Of a stretch of DNA of 64,000 nucleotides, positions 35,155 to 46,369 are shown one piece after another. Origin of the DNA: Lophium mytilinum. Lineage: Eukaryota. The notes under the pieces are model-generated. The model searched no databases. It saw only the letters and a program-made list of their open reading frames with translations, and was not told the origin of the DNA. Numbering within the stretch: the stretch's first letter is position 1; every line of letters begins with the position of its first letter. The translations under genes were made by a program, and so were the position numbers. The stretch is from contig MU004181.1 of NCBI GenBank assembly GCA_010093605.1, positions 1,798,001-1,862,000 on the forward strand. The letters run 5' to 3'.

Positions 35155-36847
35155 TCAGCGACCTGTATACTTCTTCTCCACGACCCTCGCCACAGGATAC
35201 ACGATCAACGTAAACACCGCGCTTAGATAGATGCCCACATCGCCTCCAAACCCACCGAACTTAGCCGCAATAGGACCAATGTACCAAGTTTGAGCCTATG
35301 CACAATATTAGCCCAGTCATTACTAATGTTCGTATGCTTGAACTTAATAAATCCTTGAACCTACCATTCCAGTGACACCGCCCGCAAGATACCCAGTCAA
35401 CAGCGCAAGCACCGCGGCAGCGCCCCATGGCAGCCCCTGCGGCTTATCCCACACGGTGAGGTCGTAGCCAGAGCGTTTACGGAAGAATTGGTCTTCAATA
35501 AGGAGGATAATCGTGAAGCTGACTGTCCAGTAACCGAGCAAGCTGACGAAGTTCGAGACGATGGTGGAGAGGTGCTCCTGGCCGGCAATGGCGAGGACGG
35601 CGATTACGATGACGAATAGCAGCGACCAGATCAGCCGCGGCACGGCGTGGAAATAGTGGCCGAGGAGTTGGAGCGAGAGACCCGAGGAATAGTTGATGGC
35701 GATGTTGTTGCCAAGCACGGAGAAGGTGAGCATAACGAGGCAGAACTTGGACCAGCCAACGGGGTGGTAGATTTCATAGATCAAGCCACCGAGACCGTGG
35801 TTGCCATAAGCATCGGCGTAAGGGGGATACGCGGCGGATATCGCCGCGTTACCGAGACAGCAGCCTATGACCACAGAGAAGGAGGTGGGAAGGACAATGC
35901 CCCACCAGGTAAGGGTGAAGACTTTCCATGTCGGGGTGTCAGCGGGAAAGTTGCAGTAGTAGTCGGCTGCTATACTGCACCAACCAGAGGCGTTGGAGAA
36001 GTTGATAGACAGGATAGTCAAGAAATTGGCGGCGAATGCGGTACCAGAGCTGCCATCTAGTCCTGGGATGCTGGGATCAACATGCGGCGCTGCTTGGCCG
36101 ATGAGCACGCAAAGGAGGATGAAGGTTCCAATCCATGAGTACTTCTCAAACGAGTGGATGACTTTGAATCCAAAAACGCAAAGAACGTAGGAGATGACTG
36201 CTATGATCACGATGCCGACCGTGATAGACATAGTGTAGTCGCTCACTGCGTTGAGGATCTGACCAACGACGACATAGTTGACAACAGCGAAGCCGCCTCC
36301 GACGACGACATTGAGGACGGAGCAGAGCTTTGCGCCCCAGAAGCCGAAGGAGTAGCGGGAGGTTGCGATTTGACGGAGGCCAAGCTATCCATATACAATT
36401 AGTGCATCGTCCGGGCTAGCGTTTGGATGTTGTAACTACCTTTGGGCCCAAGGTTCCGGTGAAGGCAGTGCACAGTGCTCCAAGCATAGTTCCCACTACG
36501 CTGGCAGCAATGGACTGATTGAGCGACAGGCCGAACTCAGGGCCGAGCAGCCCCAATGGAACAACTCCGACGTGAACATTGAGCGACCACCACATCAAGA
36601 AGATGTTCCAGATGGAGGGAGGCTGCTTCTTTTCCTCTGGGATACGGTCCACGCCCTGTGTCTCAATGCCCATCTTGTTGTCGAGCCACTCCTCTCCCTT
36701 TTTCAGGGCTCGAAGAACGGGGTTGCGACTCTGGATCTCCTTTGCACGGCGTATCTCTTCGATAGATGCATCGTCAAATTCGGGCGCGCTCACAACTGCG
36801 GGCCCTTTGGCAGCTTCTGCATCGAGGTTCTCCTTTTCGTAATCCAT
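35155..36847 (-). CDS. NCS1 family purine-cytosine/vitamin B6 permease (Fcy2/Tpn1-like)
   Basis: GIETQGVDRIPE, GPK|LGLRQ...RYSFGFWG, multiple TM segments, WYIGPIAAKFGGFGGDVG; two introns. Confidence 0.9.
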
Positions 36848-37973
36848 CTTCCAAGAGAGCAAATGGCGATGGCAGAGGTTGTTCAATGTCTCTGACGCGT
36901 ATTGGAGGGGTAGAGGCGAGGATTAAAGTGTGCAGCCGAGCGAGCTGATAACGATACACTGCTGGAGGTTCGATGGGGTCGCTTGGAGGGCTGAAATGGT
37001 GAATGTCTCCACTTGCGAATCCTCTCCCTTGCGGCTAATCGCACAGTGTCGATGAGATGGATGATCCGGCAAGAAAGGACAACGGGAGAAGCAACAGTGG
37101 AATGCGCCTCAGCGTAATTGAAGTATGAGCTTGCACCTACAGCTAATCTTCCCAGAGACGGAGGTGGCCGTACTTATCAACCGGCAACCGCGAAGGGCAG
37201 ATAACGAGGGCACGCATGTTTGGGTGAGCGACCTTCTGGAACGCTTTCCAACATTCCGCTGCAGTGCTAGCGCGTAGGGGACTGCGAGATCAACCTGGGC
37301 ACCTTCTTGTTTGAGCAGGGTTCCGTCGAGGATCACGGTGGGAGATACCGGGTGATTGGTACGGGGATGCAGACGCCCCACGATACGGCCCTGGTGCCCT
37401 TGGGGCCATCAAGCGGGAAGCTGGAGAAGGAAGCTGGCGAGGGACAAGCTCGGTGCCACGCTCGCTAAGCTTCCTTAAGAAGCTTGCATGGGGCAAAGGC
37501 AAATCATCTCGGGCAGAGCATGCTTGGAGCCGCCGATGGGGCGCTTGGCTGAGGCTTGTAGATTGCGAGTGGGGGCAAACAGACGATTTGTGTACTAAGT
37601 CCGTGCGCGTTTCGAGGCCACCTATGCCTTCAGAGCTTGGGCTTGAAGTGGTGGATACCGGAACTGCCGATGGCTACGCTGAGGAAAACGTCAGTCTTTC
37701 CTGGGGCGCGTAGAATACCCTCAGTTTGGAACGCGCAACATCACTCATTCATCACAGATACATAACCCATGTGTTGGTTTTCTCCGTCACTGCAGCACAG
37801 CAAGAAGAGGTTTCTAGAGTAACGTTATACATAGTAACAGGTTCCGATCACATGTTGCCGCTATCAGGGTATATTCCAGAACTGTGACAAATTCCCCTTC
37901 CTTTTAACACCATGCCAAATCTCACAACGTCAATTCTTTGTCCACGTCAATAGTTCTGCCAAATTCAATTCCA

Positions 37974-39440
37974 TCAATGCCTATCCTCTCGACCTATAAG
38001 ATCCCCGACTAATCTATGAACAGAGCTGTCATCAGGAAGATACCCCCTAATCTGCCGTAGCAACATCGTCGCCGAGCCTTTCAAGAACCAGCAGTGACGC
38101 TCAGCTCTTTCGACCAATAACAACCAATGAGCGAATACGATAAGCGCAGCGGGATTCCTGTGCCACACCATCTGGTTGAAGTGATCCGATAGCCTTCGGG
38201 GCCTTGACCACGACGCCATCCCCGTCCATACCGCCTCCACATCATCGGACGCGTAGCTCAAGGAGCAGCATTCGACGAGTGCATCGATAGCCGAAAGTGT
38301 TGCAAAGAAGTCCAGGGCATTGTCTGGCTTTTCTAGTGCCTCTGCCATGCGGTATGGGAGAGCACGGAAGCGATCTAGTAGCGCTGAGGGCACATTACCG
38401 GAGACTGCAGCATCTGAGCTTCCCTCGGGCATGTCATCGCTGCTGAATGCGGAGTGTAGAGCGAGGTTGGGGTCAGCACAGCCTTGAACAGTCGTCGTGA
38501 ATGACTGCAAATCAAAAGCCGTTGGCTCCGGGATCAATCCTTGACTGAGCGCTGGTATTTCAGATGTCCAGTGGCAGCAACGTTGAATGCAAATCATCTG
38601 CGCGCCCGCTGACTTCGCTTCCTCGAGTCCGGCCACACTAGGACTCTGTAGTACATCTCCCCATCCAGCATAGAATTCCTGAAGAAACCACTCTGAGCGC
38701 TCCCGGTGCACTTGCTTGGTCGTCTCGTCGCTTGGAAGCACCGCTAGATGACTTGCAGAGATAGCCAGCAGACCGCACATCAGCCAACGCTGTTGCAGAG
38801 CACGGGCAACCACGTCTAACTGCCAATACATCGCAGGCTCGTGATTTCCGGTGGGAAGCGTGAGACTCGTCGCGGTCGTAAAATGATGAAAGTATTTCAG
38901 CGTCTCTAGGTCCAGATCGTACCGAGGGCCTGGAGGGGGTACGGACGCCGGTGTAGGAACGAGGTCAAGATCATGCCGTTGCGCAACCATTCCTTCGCCA
39001 GTGACCAGCGGCTCGGGTGACGCGACCTCGAAATACTTGACTTTAGTTCCGCGGAAGAACGTCTGAAGGTTGACGGAACGGGCACAGGAATCGGGAGGGT
39101 CGCTCACGCCGTGACTCTCGCTCCAATGACGTCTCATCCGCTTAGAGCTGGCACAGAGACTTTCACAGCCCGTGGCTGTACATCTGTAGCCCGAGATGAC
39201 GGGAAGTCCTGCAACGGGCGGAAAACCCGCTGGCGGAAGCTGCACATCGTCCGGTTCTACAAGCTGGAGTTCAGCGATGGAGGATAGCAAGCGCTGTCTT
39301 TCTCTGCGGTAGATCTTGTGCCGGAGTAGATGGCTTCCCAAGGCGCTTTTCTGAATCGCGTACTTGCATTCTCGACAGATTAGCACACTGTGCTTTGCAT
39401 CATATTCGAGTAGATCATTTGTCCCGAACGTTACGGCCAT
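37974..39440 (-). CDS. Putative transcription factor: DUF3505/C2H2-like N-terminus plus Upc2/Ecm22-like C-terminal region
   Basis: CRECKYA...HLLRH, C..C...MRRHWSESH, QTFFRG; then YFHHFTTATSLTL, LMCGLLAISASHLA, PAALIVFAHW; intronless. Confidence 0.7.
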   Translation of the reverse strand: MAVTFGTNDLLEYDAKHSVLICRECKYAIQKSALGSHLLRHKIYRRERQRLLSSIAELQLVEPDDVQLPPAGFPPVAGLPVISGYRCTATGCESLCASSKRMRRHWSESHGVSDPPDSCARSVNLQTFFRGTKVKYFEVASPEPLVTGEGMVAQRHDLDLVPTPASVPPPGPRYDLDLETLKYFHHFTTATSLTLPTGNHEPAMYWQLDVVARALQQRWLMCGLLAISASHLAVLPSDETTKQVHRERSEWFLQEFYAGWGDVLQSPSVAGLEEAKSAGAQMICIQRCCHWTSEIPALSQGLIPEPTAFDLQSFTTTVQGCADPNLALHSAFSSDDMPEGSSDAAVSGNVPSALLDRFRALPYRMAEALEKPDNALDFFATLSAIDALVECCSLSYASDDVEAVWTGMASWSRPRRLSDHFNQMVWHRNPAALIVFAHWLLLVERAERHCWFLKGSATMLLRQIRGYLPDDSSVHRLVGDLIGREDRH

Positions 39441-40118
39441 GTTGCGTGGTAGGTTGCGTTGAACATAGAGTATTTCAACACCGTCTGAGGTGGCCCGGAA
39501 AGCTATCAGACTTGCTAGAATTGTTGTGATACAGCTTAAAACAGCGTACCAGAGGACCTCATACGATGCTTGGAGAGAGTACGGTAGCCCAAAGAGAGGA
39601 CGTGCTGCAGGATGTGAAATTTGGACCGGACTGCGTCTTTATATTCAACAGACCCTGTGAATGCTGCAAAAGGTGCATCCAAAGCTTAACGTGAGTATGC
39701 CGGCCATGAGAAGTAGGAAAAACTTGTGGTGTAAGGAGGATGGGTGAGAAAGAGACGTAGATGATGTTGGAGGACTGAAGGAATTGAGACGACTTCTGAT
39801 TGGCTGCAAGCCCTTAGTCTAAGGCACTCCGCGTGTTATAAAGCATCCCCGAGGTCGCTTAAATACACGATATGAGGTTCTGAGTACCTCACAATGCCAT
39901 TGCCTCAACAGTTACAAATAGGAGCAATTTTCGGTCGGCTTTGAAATCCTACTGTTGCGGCAACCATGCTGCAAAAGCCGAAGTTAGCCTCTCTATTGAG
40001 GACATTTCTAGATATATAAAGAGGTACCGGTCTTCTCTGCTGTTTCCTTACTACATCTTCTCTGTTGAAAATCATTTCTCTATCTATTCTCCAATTACGT
40101 CCGAAACCAACACTGAGA

Positions 40119-41233
40119 ATGGTATCAAACCAAGCGGCATGGCTCCACAAAGCCAACACTTCTCTGGTGGTGGGCGAAGCACCAATGCCGACCGCTGGTC
40201 CCGACGAACTCGTCGTTAAGAACGCTGCTGTTGCCATCAATCCCCTGGACTGCCACATGCAGAAGGCCGGTGTCTTCGTCCAGCAATGGCCCGCTATATT
40301 CGGTTGCGACGTAGCCGGCGAAGTCCATGAAGTCGGATCAGAGGTGCAGGGACGCTTCAAGAAAGGGGATCGCGTCATTGGGTGAGGCCCCCTCCACGGC
40401 TTCCTGCCCTTAAATGATACACGCAGACTAATGAAGCTATTATAAATAGACACGCGATCAACCTAGTCAGTGGCCGACCTCAGGACGGGGCGTACGCTCT
40501 ATACACAGTCGTGCCGGCGAACAAAGCCGCCATCCTCCCCGATGCTATCTCGTTCACAGACGGAGTCGTGGTGCCCTTCGCCTTGGAAGCAGCTGTATGC
40601 ACGCTCTCGCTCAAACAGCCCGGCATCGCAATGCCCGGCGTGGCCACACCTGCTCTCGGCCTGCCCTACCCCTCGCTAGAGCCCACCTTGTCGTCGAACA
40701 AAACGCTCGTCGTATACGGCGGCTCTTCTTCAGTCGGCTCCATGACGACCCAGCTAGCAACAGCAGCAGGTATCAAAGTCATCTCCATCACCAGCGCGCG
40801 CAACTTCGAGATGTGTAAGAGCTGCGGCGCGGCCGAGGTCTTCGACTACCACGACCCCTCGTTCGCTCAGAACGTCGTCGAAGCAGTCACCAAGTCCGGT
40901 CAAGAATTCGTTGGCATCTTCGACGCTATCTCCACGCCAACGACGTATGCGGACGACCTTGCTATCCTCGCCAAACTAGGCGGAGGCCATCTTGCCTGCG
41001 TGCATCCCCCGCCCGACAGCATTCCGGAGAATGTAACAGCGGGCATGATTTTCGCCGTGGACGACATCGCTACTCCCGTTTGGAGGGACTATGTAACGCC
41101 CGCGTTGCAGGTGGGGAAGCTGAAGTGCCTTCCGCCCACGTTTGTCGTCGGGAAGGGCTTGGAGATTATTCAGGAGGCGCTAAAGAAGTGCGAAGCTGGT
41201 GTCAGTGCCACTAAACTGGTAGTAGAGCTGTAA
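40119..41233 (+). CDS. Zinc-binding dehydrogenase superfamily enoyl reductase (CipB/ToxD-like)
   Basis: AVAINPLD, GCDVAGEV, FKKGDRVIG, VYGGSSSVG, GVSATKLVV; intron 40382-40449. Confidence 0.9.
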
Positions 41234-41405
41234 ATACCGATTTAGCCTCGCTCGAGGTGCCTTCACCCAGCTTACCGGTGATTCAACATGCTAGAAGGCG
41301 GGATTTGATAAGAAAGAGAGGGACAACCTCACGCAATGGCAGGAAGGATAATTGGGTATATGTTGTTTGCTTCATTGGAGCATGTCTAACTTATTCTTCA
41401 AAGAA

Positions 41406-43818
41406 TCAAACCTCGGTCACCATGCTCCTAGTCTCCCGCAAGGCAATGAGCTTCTGAATAGCCTCATCAAGGGGTAGAACCGTCAGAGCCCCAGTAGAAT
41501 CCCGAATGCGAATGCTCACTGAGCGATTCTCCATCTCCTGCGCACCCAGAACTGTGAATTTCAAAATTAGCTCAGCCCTTGATCTCACTATAGATCTAGT
41601 ATTCTTACCGAAGATGAAGTTGTATTGCAACAGTTGACCCGTGCGGACCTTCTTGTTCAACGTGTTCGCTCCGAGATCAACGTCGGCATGTATCTCATGC
41701 GATCTCAGGATCGCGTGAACCTCTTTTACGTAGTCTGAAGCCGAAGACATGACAGGGATAATCAGGACTTGCCGAGGACTCAACCAGAATGGCCATTTCC
41801 CGCCGAAATGCTCGGTGAGAATGGCGATGAAGCGTTCAAAACTTCCATAGATAGCTCGATGAATCATGACTGGACGAGCATAACCTGCGGCAGGGTCATT
41901 TGTGGTAGTAGACTGCACTGCTGAATCCGCGGCCGGAGCGGTAGTCGCTTCAGCACTCGCATCTGCTTCTTCTACCTTTGGTTTTGCCGTGACCTCCGAG
42001 GTCATGTACTCAAGCTTGAATTGCTGAGGTAGCTGGAAGTCGAGCTGGATAGTGGCGCACTGTCGGAACGTCAATAAGAGTGTACACTTTTATGGCAACT
42101 TAGACTCACCTGGAACTGACGCTTGAGGGCGTCCATGATTGTGATGTCGATCTTGGGGCCGTAGAAAGCGCCGTCACCGGGATTCAGCTCCCACTTGGCG
42201 TTTCCTTTGGCAGTGAACTCATCCAGGGCGTCAGTCAATCGTTTTTCGGCCAGATCCCACGTCTTAATGTCTCCCAGGAACTTGTCTGGCCTGGTTGACA
42301 GTTTCATCTTGAAGAGGAATCCGAAATTGCCGTAGACGGCTTGCAGGAAATCAAAAAGTCCGGTGATCTCTTCGCTGATCTGAGCCTGAGTACAGAAGAT
42401 ATGAGTGTCGTCTTGCTGAAAACGTCTCACTCGTGTGAGGCCCCCAAGAGCCCCAGAAGCTTCATTCCTATGCAAGATCCCAAAGTCCGCCATGCGTATG
42501 GGTAGCTCACGATAGCTGCGTTCCCGAAATCCGAATATCAAGCAATGACCTGGACAGTTCATAGGCTTCAGACCCCATTGATCCTTCTCGACTTCGAAGG
42601 TGAACATATCGTCCTTGTAATCTAGAACATGTTAGTGCGAGACTTATAGCCTGTGGCCAATATGCAGTCTAATCACTTACGTTGCCAATGCCCTGACTTC
42701 TTCCACAGCTCAGAATTGAACATGTTGGGAGATATGACCTCTTGGTATCCGCGTTTCCAGTACTCTGACCGCATAAATTTCTGAAGGGTGTTATAAATGA
42801 TAGTCCCATGAGGGAGGAAGAAGGAAGAGCCCGGCGACATCTCATGGAAGAAGAAGAGCTCCTGCTCCTTTCCAATTTTGCGATGATCTCTCTTAGCAGC
42901 CTCTTCAAGATATTTGAGGTGCTCTGTAAGTAGCTTTTTGTCTGGGAAGGATATGCCATAGATCCGCTGGAGAGAAGGTCCTTTCGGGTCTCCCAGAAAG
43001 TATGATGCCGAGTGCTTCATAACCTGGAAAGCCTTTATTCTCCCAGTGTCAGGAACGTGAGGACCTCGGCAAAGATCGATCAACGGACCACAGCGATAGA
43101 CTGTGGTGGATGTACCGTCTGGGATCTTATCCTTGATGATGTGCTGCTTGAAGGGATTCGACTGAAACATCTCTAGAAGGGCTTCCTTGGTAAGAACAAG
43201 TCGCTCGAACTTCTGTCGTTCCTTGATAATTGACAAGGAAAGGGCAGTAAGTGGCTCCCTATCATCGTTATGTACAGCCGCCTTCTCGGGCAACTCCATC
43301 TCATAGTAGAAGCCCTCGTCCGTGGGTGGGCCAATGCAGAGGTGACAACCGAATCGTCGCTCAGCAGCTTCTCCCAAGATGTGTGCCGACGAGTGCCAAA
43401 AGACCTTCTTTCCTTCCTCGTTGTCGAAGTCGAGGAACTCGAGCGAGGAATCGGTCTCAAGTGGCCGCAGTATGTCCCATAGCTCGCCATTGACCTTCGA
43501 AATGACGGTACGATCGAGCAGCGACTTGCTCAACGACTTCGCGATCATTGCTGGTGTGGTCTCCCAGGACTTTCCAATCTCAATTCGACCATCTGGCAGG
43601 GTGATCTTGATCGATTCGCGAGGCTTTTTGGAAACTTCGTCGTCATATTGGGCTTTGAGTTTCTCGAAGATGGCGATGCGGTGGTCGAAATATGGCGGGG
43701 GAGGGCTAAGCTCGAGGGACTTGGATGCACCGCTAGGAGCCTTCTTTGCCTTTTTTTTCTGGGCAAGCGCAGCAGCCGGAGCCGGTGGCTGCTCGGCACT
43801 GCGGTGAGGGAGGTCCAT
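41406..43818 (-). CDS. THS1: Cytosolic threonyl-tRNA synthetase
   Basis: TGS domain, editing motifs HSSAH and [39 protein letters not shown], anticodon domain; three introns. Confidence 0.95.
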
Positions 43819-43869
43819 GGTGTTGCTGGTTCAATTGCTCCAGCGGGCTCAAACTAAATATCGCGAGCT

Positions 43870-44070
43870 TGAGTCACCCGTGTTGGAGACAGCCTTGGTG
43901 GGGTATTTTGAAACGGGATGACTCAGCCGCATCCGCCACTGTATCTTTCCGTCTAAGCGGGCTGGTCGCTCTCACGTTATCATTCATTGACCGCAAGGTT
44001 CGATTTGGGGGAGTTAAGGCCGGACGTGTAGAGTCATAGACACGCACATAAACAGGTAGAGTCATAGACA
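43870..44070. promoter_or_regulatory. Cluster of Gcn4/CpcA-type elements upstream of ThrRS
   Basis: TGAGTCA 43870-43876, TGACTCA 43919-43925, plus AGAGTCA inside a 15-bp direct repeat (44028-44042, 44056-44070). Confidence 0.6.
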
Positions 44071-44239
44071 GGCAGAGCACAGCACAGCATGTAAAACATG
44101 TCTATATCGAATTATGCAAGTTGCATCCTATTACTAGGAATGACATCTCTGTTCACCAGGTCCAAGAGCAGTCTTCTCAACGCCCAATGCTAAAGTTACG
44201 AATGAAAGAGCCATTGATGCTCGACCGGCAATCGCTTCC

Positions 44240-45836
44240 CTATGAATTCAGGCGTACGTAGTTTCCTAAGAGCTAGTCAGAATATTCACTCTTCACCGCA
44301 GATAATAATAGTATTACCTGGAAATTGACCTTGCCGTCCATTGACCCTCCCAGTCCACCATTCTTGATCGTTTGAGGTCCTTGTGATGATTTCGATAACA
44401 TCTCCGGTGGTGAAGCTCAGGTCACCCTCAGCTTGCGCCTCGTAATCGTACAGAGCAGTCACCGTCTCCACGGCAGGGACGCCACTAAGCCGCGAGGGCT
44501 TGGGCTTTGGTGGAGGCGGCGCCGCACCCTTGGACTTCGCTGCGGCACCCCAAGAGCTACCGGTGCTGTTTGCACGACCGACTCCGAATGTTCCAGCTGC
44601 TAGGGCAGGTGATAGTGCGTTCTTTTCGGGATTTGGGCTGTATGGCGGGGGCGGAGTTTCTGTTGAATCTAGAGTTGACCGCCGTTGAGGGGCGGTTTTC
44701 CCTTCAATGGCTAGTTTGTTGCCATACTTCAGTTGCCCGGGTTTCCGGCCGCCTGTAGTCTTGTATTTGGTGATAGAGATAGCTTCCGCCTGATCCTGGA
44801 CGTCGCCCCGCTTCTTTTCGAAGGCTGCCTCGATATCAAGCGTCAAATCGAAGTACCCGATATCAATGCTTTGCATCTTCTCGTGCAATGTGTAGAACAC
44901 GTTTAGCTGCATGTAGTAGAATGACTGGAAAAGGGGTCGAATAAACTCTCTTTCCAGCCGGAAAAGTTTGGGTAGTTCGTCCTTCAGCAAGTCGTTGAAG
45001 TAATTGAACTCCTGAGTAGCCTGTTCGACGTCGTTCTCGGCCCTGTACATTGCTTTTTCGTCTTTCAGGGTCTTCTCTTTTTTGTCCTGCAACTTCTTCT
45101 GCGTCGCCCTATGGCGATCGTAGTCGAGCTGCTTGTGGTCACGTTTCACTGCCACCTTTCGAATAACCTTGATGATCTCCAAGAGTTCGTCCGCAGGTCG
45201 AATTACCCGAGTCTCGATCATCTCTAGTTCGGGCTGGAGAGTAGCTTGCAGGTCGTGGACAATGGCCTCGTATTCCTCGCACGCTCTTATTCCCTCAGGG
45301 TTCCCCTCCTGCACGAACGAGTCTGGATCCGACATGCGGCCGGAGATGGGCTGGTAGATTTCGGCGCATGCCTTGGAGAACTCAATCTGGTGCGTGAGCA
45401 TTCCTAGTAGTAAGGTCAGAATTGTAGGAGAGCGCGAAGTTGGGGTACGGACCATTTATGGCGTCGAAGTACCTGGGATATGTTAGAGCACGTAGACTAC
45501 TACCACCATGTTCGGAGGCTCACTTTTTCGATTCATCGTGCAGTCTCTTCGTCTCCTTCTCCAGCTCTTGGAACCGTCTCTCGGCATCCGAGTAGACTGC
45601 ATCCTTTGTGTTGTCGCCCTACCCCACGTTCACGATCAGCTGAGGCTCAACTGGCGATACCGGATGTCGTCGCGATACGCAACGACAGCAGAGGGAGGCG
45701 ATCATACAAGATTAAAGCGCTGCTTGATGGTTTGAGGCGCCTGCGAAACATGAGTTAGCGAGCGTCCGCAAGAGTTGCGGTCTCCAAGCAGAGTACGGAC
45801 CCGAGTGACGCTCTTCGTGAGGCCTTTCCAACTCAT
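44240..45836 (-). CDS. RVS167: Amphiphysin-like BAR-SH3 protein
   Basis: MSWKGLTKSVTR|APQ, BAR domain (KRDHKQLDYDRHR), SH3 (ALYDYEAQAEGDLSF...WWTG...FP|GNYV); several introns including a 20-nt microexon. Confidence 0.92.
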
Positions 45837-46369
45837 TGGTCCTTTGTGGGTGTCGCAGCGACAGCAGATTGGATATAGCGGCAAGCTGAATATGCTGGGA
45901 ACTGTGGATAAAGGGGGTGTGAAGTGCTATATGGGAGTCGTGGGCGAGGTTTGCGCAAGTCCGGGGCTCTTTGAAGCCGTCTATGACATATGACGAAGGC
46001 AGATGTGGCTTAGCACAAGTTACCCAAACGCGAGGACAAACTGGAATTTATGCAGGGCGGCGGCTGGGCAGCGGCAAGCGTGTTGCTTTTTCTTCACTAA
46101 CGCAACAGCTGTGAATGAATCTAGGCAGCTTGAAAGCGAACATTTGCCAGATACGTGTGTACGAGCCCGTAGCCTGCAGACAGCGATCTGGCGCAAGGTT
46201 GGCCCTCATTCGTGTTCGGATATCCTTCGTCCTGTTTGCGGAGATGTCGGCGAGCCGCCCGCCGCGCTAAGCAAATCTCCATATCTGATAATCAGACCCG
46301 ACCGAGGAGGCAAATCCACCACCACTACTCCTCCATCAACCACCCTCGTCCGGGTCTCTTCCCTTCATC

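Noticed and set aside
36850..37950. Possible TPP riboswitch upstream of the NCS1 permease
   Set aside because: No CUGAGA core or matching aptamer pattern found on the coding strand.
43819..43860. Non-AUG N-terminal extension giving a mitochondrial ThrRS isoform
   Set aside because: In-frame TGA five codons upstream of the ATG.
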